Assembly: GCA_951406725.2 (NCBI GenBank)
Contig: OX597816.1
Span: 52,080,001-52,144,000, forward strand
Direction of reading: 5' to 3'
DNA: 64,000 nucleotides
Source: Octopus vulgaris
Lineage: Eukaryota
Both the position numbers and the translations under genes were made by a program. Of this stretch, positions 31,193 through 46,923 are shown piece by piece. Within the stretch, counting starts at the first letter, position 1. Each line of letters starts with the position of its first letter. Below the pieces are notes generated by a model. That model had not been told where the DNA came from. It made no database searches and saw only the letters and a program-made list of their open reading frames with translations.

Positions 31193-31599
31193 AATATAAG
31201 AGAGTGGTCACTATATGGCTCACTCTAGCACTAGTTAATCCAAAAGGTTTCAACCACAAAAATACATGTTTCCCATGAAAGTCAGTACGATTGTTAGCTC
31301 ACACGAACAGGGCAAATAAAAAATAATCTGTATTTTTGTTATTTTTTATTTGCCCTGTTCGTGTGAGCTAACAATCGTACTGACTTTCATGGGAAACATG
31401 TATTTTTGTGGTTGAAACCTTTTGGATTAACTAGTGCTAGAGTGAGCCATATAGTGACCACTCTCTTATATTTATTTTGTAAAAATATTATAATATATTA
31501 TAAAATATTATAATAATCCAGGTTTCTCGGAGCACTGGGCCACTTGGTGTTGAATAGATATACTATTAAATTAGTATCTAATTCTCTCACCCTTATTAA

Positions 31600-31661
<62 letters not shown>

Positions 31662-31845
31662 ATGTTTGTGTGTTTGTGTTTGTCCCCCAACAACTCTTGA
31701 CAACCGATGCTGGTGTGTTTACGTCCCCGTATCTTAGCGGTTCGGCAAAAGAAACCGATAGAATAAGTACTAGGTTTCCAAAGAATAAGTCCTGGGGTCG
31801 ATTTGCTCGACTAAAGGCGGTTCTCCATCACGGCCACAGTCAAAT
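31018..31845 (+). mobile_element. SINE family B split by a palindromic insert in its internal (TA)n
   Basis: 5' half at 31018-31152 and 3' half at 31640-31845. Confidence 0.85.
31187..31478. repeat. Perfect inverted repeat, 140-bp arms and 12-nt spacer, inside the (TA)n tract of a SINE
   Basis: 31187-31326 is the reverse complement of 31339-31478. The spacer is TCTGTATTTTTG. Confidence 0.93.
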
Positions 31846-31893
31846 ATATAACCACATATATATATGTGGTTATACATGGTTGGATAGATATTC

Positions 31894-32012
<119 letters not shown>

Positions 32013-33078
32013 CATATATTTATACATACAAATCTAAAATTATACAAACCAAAGTAAAACAGTTTTTATATGCATACGTATATGCTCGTATTATATCTAT
32101 CTACTTTATGTCTGTGTAAACGTGTGTGTGAGTATACGTGTGTGTATATTTGTGTTTGTCCATCTATATGCACATGTATATCTGTCTTTCTGTCAGTCTG
32201 CTCAAATTTCCATCGTCAATCAGCCGCCGACAAAAATTTAATCAGAAATTTCGATATCAATATTCACTATTTACGTACTCACTCTTCCCGCTTTAAAGTC
32301 TGCCTTACTACCAGGACTTTTCCTCCTCCTCCTCCTCCTCTTCATCTAACTCTCTTTTTCTTCCTCTCTCTCTCACTCTCCCTCCATATCCCTCCCTCAC
32401 CCGCTCTCCTGTCATTGGCACATTTATCCCAGTTTTTTGCTATCTCTTTTTTCTTTCGTTTGTGTGTGTGTGTGTGATCGCTCTCGCCCCGTAGATCAAC
32501 GTAGTACTCCAAACGAAAGCGCTGCACCTACACAGGTGAAAAAAAAAGCCTCGTGCCTTACAGTCACAAATATTCAACTGAACACTGCTATACAGCATCT
32601 CAGCTCTCATTTACAGTTGTCCGCCGCTGTTCACTATAGCATCTCGTATTACACTTGTCTGTCTACGTCTCTCTCCTATCTTTTCTCACTCACTCTCTAT
32701 TTCTCTCTCTTCTCGCTCTCTAAATCAATCGATCGTGTTCTCACTTTACGTAAGCACACATACACACAAACACACACACACACATATATGAGTGTGAGAG
32801 TGAATATGGTATGATTATGTATGTGTATATGTGTATTAATCTGTGAGTTTCTTTCATTCTACAATATCAAACACTGACTGGAAAAGCACTCACTGTGTGT
32901 CGAGTATAAAATTTATTTTTGTAAAAACAAAGTTGAAAGAGACTTTCGAGCTTTGCTGGTAATCGGCTTCGTTAGATGAAGAAGATCGAAATTTCTAAGT
33001 TACTATCAGCCTTCTCTTTATAACTACTTACATGTATATATACACATACACACATACAACCTCGTACATATATGTATG

Positions 33079-33124
<46 letters not shown>

Positions 33125-33158
33125 TGCAGGTATTTATTCATTATGTATGTTTGTATGC

Positions 33159-33190
<32 letters not shown>

Positions 33191-33542
33191 CTAAAAATAT
33201 TTATATGTGCGTAAGTATATATATTTATATGCTACACGCAAAAGCGTATCATGTACACACACACTATCACACACTGACGCACATTCATACAAACACACAG
33301 ACACACACTCATGCATCCACACAAACACGTGTGATCAACTCGTACACATAACTACGCACAAATATATGAGTGTGGGTGCGTATGTATACGTGTATATAGG
33401 TATATGTATCTACAGATGTGTATGTATAGATAGATACATAGATACATAGACAGATAGATAGATAGATAGATATAAATATAGATATAGATATACAGTAACA
33501 TAACGGGAGGAATTTCGATTATCACTACGTTGTGAGTTGTAA

Positions 33543-33666
<124 letters not shown>

Positions 33667-33684
33667 CATATATATATATATATT

Positions 33685-33811
<127 letters not shown>

Positions 33812-33849
33812 GAAAGTTGGTTTGTGAAAGCACGTGGTTGAATATATAG

Positions 33850-34151
33850 AAAATATTAAAAAGTGAAAAAACTACAGAAGGCTTAAAGGTTAAAAAATAT
33901 ATATTTGAGTCAATATGTCTGAAGAATATTAAAATTTTTCTTACAATGACATAATTTAGAAGAAAGACCGGTTTCGCGTTTAGCTTTTCAAATTTCTAAC
34001 GTCGTTAGAAATTTGAAAAGCTAAACGCGAAACCGGTCTTTCTTCTAAACTATGTCATTGTAAGAAAACATTTTTTAATATTCTTCAGACATATTGACTC
34101 AAATATATATTTTTTAACCTTTAAGCCTTCTGTAGTTTTTTCACTTTTTAC

Positions 34152-34158
<7 letters not shown>
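33850..34158. repeat. Near-perfect palindrome (~150-bp arms, centre 34002) with a hammerhead 3' half, PLE-like
   Basis: Centre CTAACG-T-CGTTAG. The arms differ by a small indel and a few substitutions, and contain GCGAAACCGGTC. The right side abuts (TA)n. Confidence 0.88.
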
Positions 34159-34226
<68 letters not shown>

Positions 34227-34472
34227 TATATACATATATATATGTGTATATGATAAAAGAAGGGAAATGCACTCACTTTATTTGGTTTTAATATACTTTT
34301 GGATATGTTTTATAATGCGTTTGTTGACCGGTTTCGTTTTCGCTAATCATGACATTGAAATTATTGTAATTTTGTATTTTCTTAAGAAGACTTTAGTCCG
34401 TGTTGTGTGTGGAGGAGTGTATATATATATATATTTAAAAAAGGAGATGTCGAACACGAGTTGTGATATATA

Positions 34473-34778
34473 AAAAAGGAAATGAAGAAAATGCTGACAA
34501 AATAATTGAAGTAATTTAAGTAATTTAATTAGGTGAAAGTTCTTTTTACCGGTTGCGCATTTGTTATGCTTATCAAAATATAAAAGAGAGATTAGAGTTC
34601 CTTCCTGATAGATTTTTTCCTCTTATAAGAGGAAAAAATCTATCAGGAAGGAACTCTAATCTCTCTTTTATATTTTGATAAGCATAACAAATGCGCAACC
34701 GGTAAAAAGAACTTTCACCTAATTAAATTACTTAAATTACTTCAATTATTTTGTCAGCATTTTCTTCATTTCCTTTTT
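34473..34778. repeat. Spacerless palindrome (~153-bp arms, centre 34625/34626) with a degenerate hammerhead, PLE-like
   Basis: Centre TCTTA|TAAGA. The arm contains TTTGATAA-GCAT(AACAA)ATGC-GCAACCGGTA, a decayed CUGANGA/GAAACCGGUA. It abuts (TA)n. Confidence 0.88.
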
Positions 34779-34861
34779 ATATATATATATATATGTAATT
34801 TTTTTTTAATATACAGAATGTCTTAACATATATTTATGTGCGTGTGTGTGTATGTGATGAT

Positions 34862-35237
34862 GAAAGCACTCCGTCGGTTACGACGACGAGGGTTCCGGTT
34901 GATCCAAATCAACGGAACAGCCTGCTCGTGAAATTAACGTGTATGTGGCTGAGCACTCCACAGGAACGTGTACCCTTAACGTAGTTCTCGGGGATATTCA
35001 GCGTGACACAAAGAGTGACAAGGCCGGCCCTTTGAAATACAAGGTACAACAGAAACAGGAAGTAAGAGTGAGAGAAAGTTGTGGTGAAAGAGTACAGCAA
35101 GGATCACCACCATCCCCTGCCGGAGCCTCGTGGAGCTTTAGGTGTTTTTGCTCAATAAACACTCACAACGCCCGGTCTGGGAATCGAAACCGCGATCCTA
35201 TGACCGCGAGTCCGCTGCCCCAACCACTGGGCCATTA
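34862..35237 (-). mobile_element. SINE family C, tail type 1
   Basis: Head AATGGCCCAGTGGTT..GGTTTCGATTCCCAG. Near-identical to 51814-52200. Confidence 0.9.
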
Positions 35238-35282
35238 TGTATATATATATTCGAGAACTCACTTGAATCTTAATTGCTTTTA

Positions 35283-35334
<52 letters not shown>

Positions 35335-35633
35335 CAAAAACAATTTTACGTAACTCTGACCGGCTACTCTATACTTTTGTACAGTACAAAATTATCATTG
35401 CTATACAAGAAAGGTTTTGATAATGACTTTGAATTTCGGCCAGCTAAGCTATCGTCAAACGGACGACGATGGCTTACCTGACATGGCTCTGCTGGTTGAA
35501 ACTTCGAAGTTACTATCAACAACATTCTTGTATAAGAATAATAGATATATGCATACATGCATAAATACATACATAGGGGCAGGGCAGACAGACAGGCAGA
35601 CAGACAGACAGACAGACAGGCAGGCAAGCAGGC

Positions 35634-35718
<85 letters not shown>

Positions 35719-36401
35719 TATGTATGTTTGTGTGCATGTACTATAAATATATATATACGTGTGTCTGTTTCTGGTTACTGCTTTGCTTTTGCGATCGAAA
35801 CTTGTGTGCTCGAATCAGGAAACGGATAACGCGTTATTTCCTTGAGCTATGTAATTCATTTCAAGTTACTCTAGTTTAAGAAGCTGCAATACGTCCAAAA
35901 GCAGTGGATTGGTGTGGGTTGGCTTGGGTTGGTAAAGCCCATATCGATCTATTATAAATATTGCTCTTCACATAACAGGCAATCAAAGTTAAGCAGTTAG
36001 CTTTCTAGGCATATGCAACCACGTACGATCTTACAATACGCAGTTTGGCCAAGTGTCCATGATGGCAGATACGGTTTCAGATACGAATTTTGATTGTAAT
36101 TTGATGAAGAAAAACTCTGCCAAAATTTTTCCATTATACATCCATATGTGCGCATGTGTGTGTATGTGTGGTGGGGGTATTTATTATTTGTTTATGTTTA
36201 AGTTACTATCCTTACCTTTTCAGTTTTTTTTATATATATTTTACCAGGAGTGGCTGTGTGGTAAGTAGCTTGATTACCAACCACATGGTTCCCGGTTCAG
36301 TCCCACTGCGCGGCACCTTGGGAAGTGTCTTCCACTATTGCTTCGGGCCCACCAAGGCCTTGTGAGTGGATTTGGTAGACGGAAACTGAAAGAAGCCCGT
36401 C

Positions 36402-36434
<33 letters not shown>

Positions 36435-36437
<3 letters not shown>

Positions 36438-36690
36438 CAAAATTTAAAGGACTGACCACTAAAAGTGGACGGTCAATATGCTAGATATAGACGTCAAAAT
36501 CGCTATTTTCCACGAAGAATGTGTTCTCAAATAAAAACTCAGCACAAAACCAAAGTGTAAAAAGTAAGCAAGACAAATGAAAATATACGAAATAATAACG
36601 ATTACCTATGTACCGATCAGTTTCGCTTGTTAATATCCACGCATATGGATACGTGAAAATCTGCAACCTCTTCAGTATAGTCTGTCGTAT
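36435..36690 (-). mobile_element. Second copy of the 42.4-43.0 kb Penelope-like pseudo-LTR, inserted next to the (TA)n of a SINE
   Basis: Reverse complement aligns by eye with 42710-42958. It reads CUAUA-CUGAAGA-GGUUG..CAAGC-GAAAC..GUA-CAUAG. Confidence 0.7.
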
Positions 36691-37299
36691 ACAAACATAA
36701 TTTCCACGACTAGATACAAAAACGCAGTCAAATGACTGAAACAAGCAAAAGAGTATTTGGTCTCCAGACCCGGTGTATTTTTGTACTCATTTTATTCTCT
36801 TCCTCGTGTCCGTTCTCTTATATCCGAGAAGCGTTTTGCTATTGACTCCAACAGGAAGAATATTATTGATAAGGCTTCGAAATTGTATTTGTTTGACAGC
36901 TTGAGAACTGGATTGAAAGCGAAGAGAAGCAGATGAAACAAATGCTCATTTTCTTTTCTACATGGCACTACATCGTCATATATCTAATAGGAGGTACGAT
37001 TTATTCAAATTTCAGACTCGATGAACAAAAGTTATAGAAGAATTACAAAGCTACAAAAAAATAATAATAAAATAAAACATTAAAAGATACGATAATATTA
37101 ATTCAAATAACAGAATTCAAATAAAACTTTGCAACAAACCAAAGTATAAAAACATACATACATACATGCATAATTCAGTACACAAGATACACTTTCAACT
37201 TTGTGCTCATTATTATTGCATCAACAGGATACCTACCAACCCGTCTGGGGCTAAGTATGGCTGAACATGGAGAGAGAATGCAAAGCCTTAATTCATATG

Positions 37300-37741
37300 C
37301 GTAGGAGTGGCTGTGTGATAAATAGCTTGCTTACCAATCACATGGTTCCGGGTTCAGTCCCACTGCATGGCACCTTGGGCAAGTGTCCTCTACTATAGCC
37401 TCGGACCGACCAAAGCCTTGTGAGTGGGTTTGATAGACGGAAACTGAAAGAAGCCCGTCGTATATATGTATACGTGTGTGTGTGTGTGTGCATGTTTGAG
37501 TGTCTGTGTTTGTCCCCCAACATCGCTTGACAACCGATGCTGGTGTGTTTACGTCCCCGTAACTTGGCGGTTCGACAAAAGAGGCCGATATAGATTGAAA
37601 CATGTAAAATAGTATATATATATATATATATAGAATAAGTACTAAGCCTTACAACGAATAAGTCCTGGGGTCGACTTGCTCGACTAAAGGCGGTGCTCAA
37701 GCCTGGCCGCATTCAAATGACTGAAACAAGTAAAAGAGTAA
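37300..37741 (+). mobile_element. SINE family B, full length (further fragments at 36246-36403+, 44990-45135-, 45245-45343+, 61375-61501+, ~28650-28830-, ~63845-64000-)
   Basis: Same head, body and tail as the 29303 copy. Confidence 0.88.
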
Positions 37742-37984
37742 GCTACAAATGACCATAATATCTGGAACTGTATAAATCTGCAAGACCTTCTTAAGATTTA
37801 AAGGATGGTGGTTAAATCATGATACTTTCCTTCACAACCTTGCAACCAGAGAGGTGGTCGGTTAGAATTTACTCTAACTTAAAAAGAGAAAGAGATGCAA
37901 ACATACATACACACACATATTTACCTATTGTATGTATGTACGTACGTACGTATGTATCTATGTATGTATTTATTTTATATATGC

Positions 37985-38288
37985 GCCCTTTTCAAGCCTA
38001 GCCAGGATCATGGGCCCGGTTTCCCGGTTTCTATGGCGTATGTGTTCCCCCCAGTTGGACGGGTCACCAGTCCATCGCAGCGTTAATCAAGAAACAGGAA
38101 GAAAGGGTGAGAGAAAGTTGGGGCGAAAGAGTACAACAGGGGTCGCCACCACCCCTTGTCGGAGCCTCGTGGAGCTTTTAGGTGTTTTCCCTCAATAAAC
38201 ACACACAACGCCCGATCTGGGAATCGAAACTGCGATCCTCCGACCACGAGTTCGCTGCCCTAACCACTGGGCCATTGCACCTCCACAT
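37985..38288 (-). mobile_element. SINE family C, tail type 3 (V-domain-like)
   Basis: Same head. The tail contains CTGCGATGGACTGGTGACCCGTCCA..TAGAAACCGGGA. Confidence 0.82.
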
Positions 38289-38724
38289 GCATGTATAGAT
38301 ATTTTGGTCTTATTTTCTCGCGCCGTATAAGCAGTTGTGAGCAACGTGGATCAAGAAAAAAAACCTTACATAGATTTAACGGAATAATCTTAGAAATTCC
38401 AGTTTACACAAACCTCCACATAGTTAATTTCAAAGATAATACTTTAAATTTAGAAACGAATTAATATAACAGAATTGGAATTCTAAAGAAAGAATATTTT
38501 TATCAATGAGAATTCAATTAACCTACACTAACACCCAAAGTTAATGCATATCTTTAATATCCTCGAATGAGGTCTCTCTTATTGTTTTTTTTTTTTTTCG
38601 TTTTTTAATGAGACAACAAGCAGGCAGAATCGTTAGATAATATTCTTAGTGACTCCTTAAGTTATGAGTTCAAATTCCACTGATGTTGAATTTATTTTTC
38701 ATTATTTTAGGGTAGATAAAATAA

Positions 38725-40298
<1,574 letters not shown>

Positions 40299-41183
40299 AA
40301 ATGAGTATTAGTCATGTACTAAGGACAACTTAATCGACTTGCACCACCCCGAAATAGCTAACTTTGTGCGTTAGTTTGAAACTATTATTACAATGAGACA
40401 GCGAACCCGCAGAATTGCAGAATCGTTATCGTGTTAGACGTAATGCTAGGTGGATTTTTTCGGCCAAAGTTCAAATTCCGTTGAGGTTTACTTTGCTTTT
40501 CATCTTTCTGGGATTGATAAAATATGTATCAGTCAAGTACCGTCGTCGAAGTAATCGACATCATTCCCGCCAATACTCAAAATTAGTGTATTTGAGCTAA
40601 AATTAGAAGGTTCATCACAATAATGGCCTTAACAGATAAACAGCCTATTATAATGTTTTCAAACGGAAATATAGATAAAGAAATATTTTATGGAACAATC
40701 TGGCTATTTGTTTAAACATGCAGAAACATATTTCTATTAAATATTTTTCAAATTTCCAATGCCTCATTGGTGCCATAAAATTTTAGTAAAAATTATGTTG
40801 AAGTAAGTTAGTTGCGCTGTCAATATTTTGCAGACTTCAGTAACTATTCCAACAACAATAATATACTAGCGGGACTTTATATACACTTTATATACTTTAC
40901 GCACACTTCTATAGACTTAATACAGAACACTCATAAAATAAATATTCACTCTTATTTTTCTTTTTTTTTTTCCATAAACTGAAAATATATATCTTGCACA
41001 TATGATACAACCTTTAGTGAAATTTGAAATTGCATATATCCGCCACGTAACTAAGCTTGAATATTTCGCTTGAATATGCGCTATATAAAAATACACTTTT
41101 CACTATCCAATCACCAATGTCACAACCTCTACCACCACCACCACCATCATCTCTCGCCCTCTCTCTCTTCCCTTTTTGTCTCC

Positions 41184-41250
<67 letters not shown>

Positions 41251-41525
41251 CTTTAACCTCAGCAACAGAATATCATCCCTCTGTTAAAATTATTACGTTC
41301 CCCCTACCTCACGTCATAGACTCTTTTCTCTCCCTCTTTTTCTTTCTCCCTCTTTTTCTTTCTCGCTCTTTTTCTTTCTCCCTCTTTTTCTTTCTCTCTT
41401 CACCTTATCCTCTTTTTCTCTCTCCTTTTTCTTTCTCCTCTCTTTCCCTTCAATTAATCACAGGAAAGAGTAACAATCACATTCCCTCTACCTCACTTCA
41501 TGAACGCTCCTCTCTCCCGCTTTTT

Positions 41526-41558
<33 letters not shown>

Positions 41559-42377
41559 TCTTTTTCCCTCTTTTTCTCTAATCACGTGAAAGCGTTACCG
41601 ACTGGCTAAGTAACGAAATGACAAGGACAATTATCACAAGATTCTGTTTGCTGAGATCTATCAGCAATGGCCCGGCAATATCAATAAATTTTCGAAATAT
41701 TTAATATATTGTAATAAATTCTTACTAGGCATCAAAGTTGTTCCAAGAAGTTATCTTGGCTTAATCAAAAAAACTTTTTGAAATTTGGTTTTATTAGCAT
41801 AATCATATATTCATGAACATTTTTTTAAATGCTTCACAAGCCCTTCGATGTATATGAGATTTTAAAAAGAAATAATAATAAGTGACATTTAAATACTTGC
41901 GGTCAGTTTTCGATCACGGTACACCATATGCCAGTGGAAATATTTTTGTTCAAATTGACGCTGCAAACTTCGTTCAGGAGAGAAATATTTTTTTCAATTC
42001 AATGTCTTAAAGAAATATTCAGAGATTGCAGACATACTGAAAATTATTTGGTTAGCAATTATATAATTACAAATGTCTTATTCAGACAGCAAAGTGATTT
42101 TTCATATAGTAGATAAATGAGAAAAACTTTGAACAGCTTGTCACGATCAACGGTTTAAAAATTTTCAAATACACCTAGACGCCAACAGTTATTTCTTTAC
42201 ATCTTTACAGTACTGATAGAAAAACAATTATCAAGTCTCAACACGCAAACACATATATACGTATATGTGTGAATATATGTATATATAAGTGTATATCTTG
42301 CATCCCCTCTTACTTCCTTGAACTGGCTCCGAAGCTCTTAAGCTCTTGCTTTGACCTGATGGACAATCCAGGATCAT

Positions 42378-43044
42378 TTTAGCATATAGGCTGTCCACTT
42401 TTAGTGGTCAATCCTCTAAATTTTGTATGTAACACAATTTTTAATCTTCGGATTTTTTAAAATATGCTACGCCACTGGTTTAAATTGATTAATATCAATT
42501 TCTACCCTTATTTAATTTTAAATAAAAAAATGTTCTCTAACCGTTAAATTGACTGCTGTAGTTTATTAACTGCAGAGTAATTTCCGATCTCAGCGTGCCA
42601 AAGTGAAGGCATTTGAAAGATACACCTAAATATTATATGTAGAACTTTATAGATACTAGATTTTGGTTGAGCGTTCTGTATCTACTTCTGGAAATTATGT
42701 GTTGTAAATGACAGACTATGCTGATGATCTTGCAGATGTTTCTGTGTCCATATACGTAAATATTAACAAGTGAAACCAATGGTACATAGGTAATCGTTTT
42801 TTATTTCGGGTATTTTCATTTGTCTTGCTTATTTTTACATTTTGGTTTTTTGATGAGATTTTTCTTAAGAACACATTCTTCGTGGTAATGGCGATTTGAC
42901 GTCTATATTTAGCATATAGGCCGTTCAGTTTTAGTGGTCAGTCCTCTAAATTTTGTATGTAACACAATTTTTAATCTTCGGATTTTTTAAAATATGCTAA
43001 GCCACTGGTTTTAATTAATTAATATCAATTTCTACCCGTATTTA

Positions 43045-43045
<1 letters not shown>
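42378..43045 (+). mobile_element. Penelope-like pseudo-LTR with partial tandem repeat (42378-42510 repeated at 42908-43040) and a hammerhead motif at 42716-42789
   Basis: CUAUG-CUGAUGA-(U)CUUG...CAAG(U)-GAAA-CC(AAU)GG-UA-CAUAG. The ~130 bp direct repeat is visible, and a homologous copy lies on the minus strand at 36435-36690. Confidence 0.72.
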
Positions 43046-43136
<91 letters not shown>

Positions 43137-43885
43137 CTCTACAGACACGGCTCGAGAAACACGGGCCGATCTGCCTGAGATGAGGTCAGAGCGACGAAAC
43201 TGTTCTGTACGCAATCGTGCAGTGTCCAGCCATTTCCGACTTGTGGGCATATGTCGAACGACTGCTGTCACGTGTGAGACGAGTCGGTTTATCAGTCGAG
43301 TCTATCGTCAATATCGTCACCTCTCCTTCCTTCAAACAGGAAGGAAGAGCTATTTTCATCATACTTATATGGCTATGGCGAAAGAATGTATCTGGTGGAC
43401 GCGTCTGAAAGGATTGGAGACAAACACTTTCCTCTCTGGTCAATGCCTCCTCAACTTCTTCAAGTATCACTTGAAAAGGAAAGTGAGAGTAGAAAGGCAA
43501 GTTTTGTCTAGCGAATGATTAAAAACAAAGATGGGTGAATGTAGCAAGGGTGGCACGTATGAATGACGCATAATCCTATGAACCCAGAAAAATTTAAAAC
43601 AGGGAGTTACTTACTTGCAAATAAATGTGTTAACATGTGACATTATTGACCGAGGGTACCGTGGTCTTTTCCGTAGGCATTTTTTCCACGGATAAACCTT
43701 ATCTGTTTCCCCCTTTACACTTTACATCATGACATTTCTGTGATACACGATCCCTATTGATCGTTTTTGTTACGATCCCTTTAGATCGTAAACCTCCCCG
43801 CTACCTTTTTTCTTCCCCAAAAAGAAATGCTCTACTTTGTAATTTATCCCCTCTGTGTTCAGGCCTGTGTGGCTAATAAAGAAAG
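43137..43885 (+). mobile_element. 5'-truncated Tx1/L1-group LINE (ORF2 C-terminal zinc knuckle plus 3' UTR)
   Basis: GPICLR*GQSDETVLYAIVQCP is a decayed C-x2-C-x8-H-x4-C, followed by ..AKECIWWTR..FFKYHLKRKVRVERQVLS..RWVNVAR. It ends AATAAAGAAA and is flanked by (TA)n. Confidence 0.8.
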
Positions 43886-44003
43886 ATATATATATGTGCG
43901 TGTGTTTGCGTGTGTGTGTGTGTGTGTATATATAAGTATAGATTTAGATATATACATACATACATATATATATATATATGTATATATATATAAATATCTA
44001 TGC

Positions 44004-44076
<73 letters not shown>

Positions 44077-44678
44077 TATACACGTGTGTGTGTGTGTGTG
44101 TGTCATTATTCAGCATTATTTCAAGATTTCTTGCCAATAAAGAGCCGGTTTCTAACCTAAATTCAAGACTCCTTCTTTGCAATTTCAACATCAGCAACAG
44201 GGTAGTTCTGTCTGTCTGTCTGTATGTATGTACGTACGTACGTATGTATGTATTTATATGCATGACTCGCTGCGCTTAAACAGAGATTGCTTTACGATGG
44301 CGTATTTTATAAATATGGCAGTTCAACTATCATAATAGCATGAAACTATCTGTACCTCTTTCGATTGTATGCCTAATGAAATATATAATATATAATACTT
44401 AATATATACACACACGCATACATTTATATTTTTCTATTGCCTTTCTAATAGCTGTCTGAATGAAGAAACTTATGTCTGTTTGCAATGCCATTTGTAATCC
44501 GGTTTTCTATTTCTGTGACGAAAACTATAAGTAATATTTATATGAAACGCTGCAAATCATTTTCTTAACTTAAACGTCATTTCCGCTTTGCAACCCATTG
44601 AAAATTAATCTTCAAACTCGATCTGCATATCTTTCAAATGGAAGGCATCATGTGTGTGTGTGTTAGTGTGTTAGTGTT

Positions 44679-44740
<62 letters not shown>

Positions 44741-45166
44741 GGTGTGTGTGCTTATTTTCACATCGTGGACCAGAGATGTCTTGAGTGAAAAGTGACACAT
44801 ATAAATTCATCTTCATTAACTCTTCCCCTTTCTGTCACTAAATCTACACACGCATGATGTACACGCACATATACATATAAGCATCAATAAATGCATATAT
44901 ATATATGCATATAGGCACGTATGAGTGTATGTGCGTTCGCAGACACACGCACACACAAACACGCGCACACACACATATATTCTAGTATTCTTTTGTTTCA
45001 GGCATTTGACTGCGGCCATGCAGTCGCTGAAGTCGACCCCTTGGCTTATTCTCTGTAAGTCTAGTACTTGTGCTATCGTTGTCTTTCGCATCAGCATTGC
45101 TTGTCAAGTGATGGTAGAGGGGGCACCCACACAAAGAAGGTTTAATGAAATACGTACGCATGCACT

Positions 45167-45225
<59 letters not shown>

Positions 45226-46248
45226 GAATATGTATACATACATAGGTTTGGTCATAGGGTTGATTGGCTCGACCAAAGGCGGTGCTCCAGCATGGCTGCA
45301 ATCAAATGACTGAAACAAGTAAAAGAGTAAAAGAGTAAAAGAGATATCTGCTAAAATGAAACGTCAGTGTTATTTTAATTTTGCATAATTCAGACAATAT
45401 ATATATATTGTATATAACGGGGATCCTCCTAGTGATGTGTATGTCTCTCTCTAGTATCAGCGTGGATATGTATTTATACCATATTTTCACATGTAATTGT
45501 GTGTATATGGTTAATCCAGGATTTTGAAATGGAAATTCTCTGGAATGTTTCATAAATCTTCTTAGGAACTCTAATCGATTGGATTTGGAGAATGTGATTT
45601 AGATTGCATTGTTTTTGCTTGTTTGCTTGTCATTTATTTTTGTTTTATTTTTCATTTCCTGCAGTTTCAAGTCCTGCAGTTTCAAGATTTCTTTGCCAAT
45701 TTGATATTCATACATTACAAATAATAGTTTTCTCACAACGTGGAATCTTAAAACCCATCCTTAACTTTCTTAAGCATAAGCTGTCCTACTTTCTACGGTC
45801 AGTTTCTGAATAGCAAATCTGTATCCTTCTCAGTGGAATGGGACGTAAGCAACACAGTTCCAAAAGATGTTATACACCTTGGCAGTGTCTTTTCTGTCTT
45901 CAAGCTTACAGGATATACATTTGGGCATAACATTCATAGTTCTTCTTTCATCTTCATTTTAATCATTTTTGCTTTGTGACACTATTGATGTAGGGGTTTA
46001 CCGTAGCAGTTGGAACTTTCTTAATAAAGATGTCCAAGTTGTGGTTCTTATCAAATTTCCAGTCTACTATATTTAATTCTTTTTAAAAGAAAGACCTGTT
46101 TTTAACAAACAACCCTAGCTCTTTCGATGAAGTTTTCATCATAAAAACAAGGGTTACATTTTGAATTTTATAAAGATTTTCATTTTACTCTTACTTGCAT
46201 ATTATGTCTTCAGATTTCGTATTAACCTATATCACTCTTCGTCTCCAC

Positions 46249-46249
<1 letters not shown>

Positions 46250-46279
<30 letters not shown>

Positions 46280-46850
46280 TGTATGTATGTATGTATGTAT
46301 GTATGACTGTATGAATGTATGTATGTATGTGTGTGTATGTATGTATGTGTGTATGTATGTATGTGTGTATGTATGTATGTATGTATGTATGACTATGTAT
46401 GTATGTATGTATGTGTGTATGTATGTATGTGTGTATGTATGTATGTATGTGTGTATGTATGTATGTATGTATGTATGTATGTATGTATGTATGTATGTAT
46501 GTATGTATGTATGTATGTATGTATGTATGTATGTATGTATGTATGTATGTATGTATGTATGTGTGTATGTATGTATGTATATGTGTATGTATGTATGTAT
46601 GTATGTATGTATGTATGTATGTATGTATGTATGTATGTATGACTGTATGAATGTATGTATGTATGTGTGTGTATGTATGTATGTGTGTGTATGTATGTAT
46701 GTGTGTATGTATGTATGTATGTATGTATGTACGTATGTATGACTATGTATGTATGTATGTATGTATGTATGTGTGTATGTATGTATATGTGTATGTATGT
46801 ATGTATGTATGTATGTATGTATGTATGTATGTATGTATGTATGTATGCAT
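46250..46850. repeat. (GTAT)n array with internal higher-order duplication
   Basis: Variant markers GACTGTATGAATG (46305, 46641) and GACTATG (46391, 46741) recur. Confidence 0.9.
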
Positions 46851-46923
46851 GTATATTTGTATGAATGCATGTATGTGTGTAGTATATATGTTTTTTTATG
46901 TATGTACGACTGAACATATATAT

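Noticed and set aside
35425-35515. Additional hammerhead-like remnants (also ~32940-32980, ~26378-26405)
   Set aside because: The cores and stems are too degenerate to call.
41560-41700. Putative conserved enhancer (also the TAAT-rich stretch at 1660-1880)
   Set aside because: Only a compositional impression; it cannot be supported without cross-species alignment.
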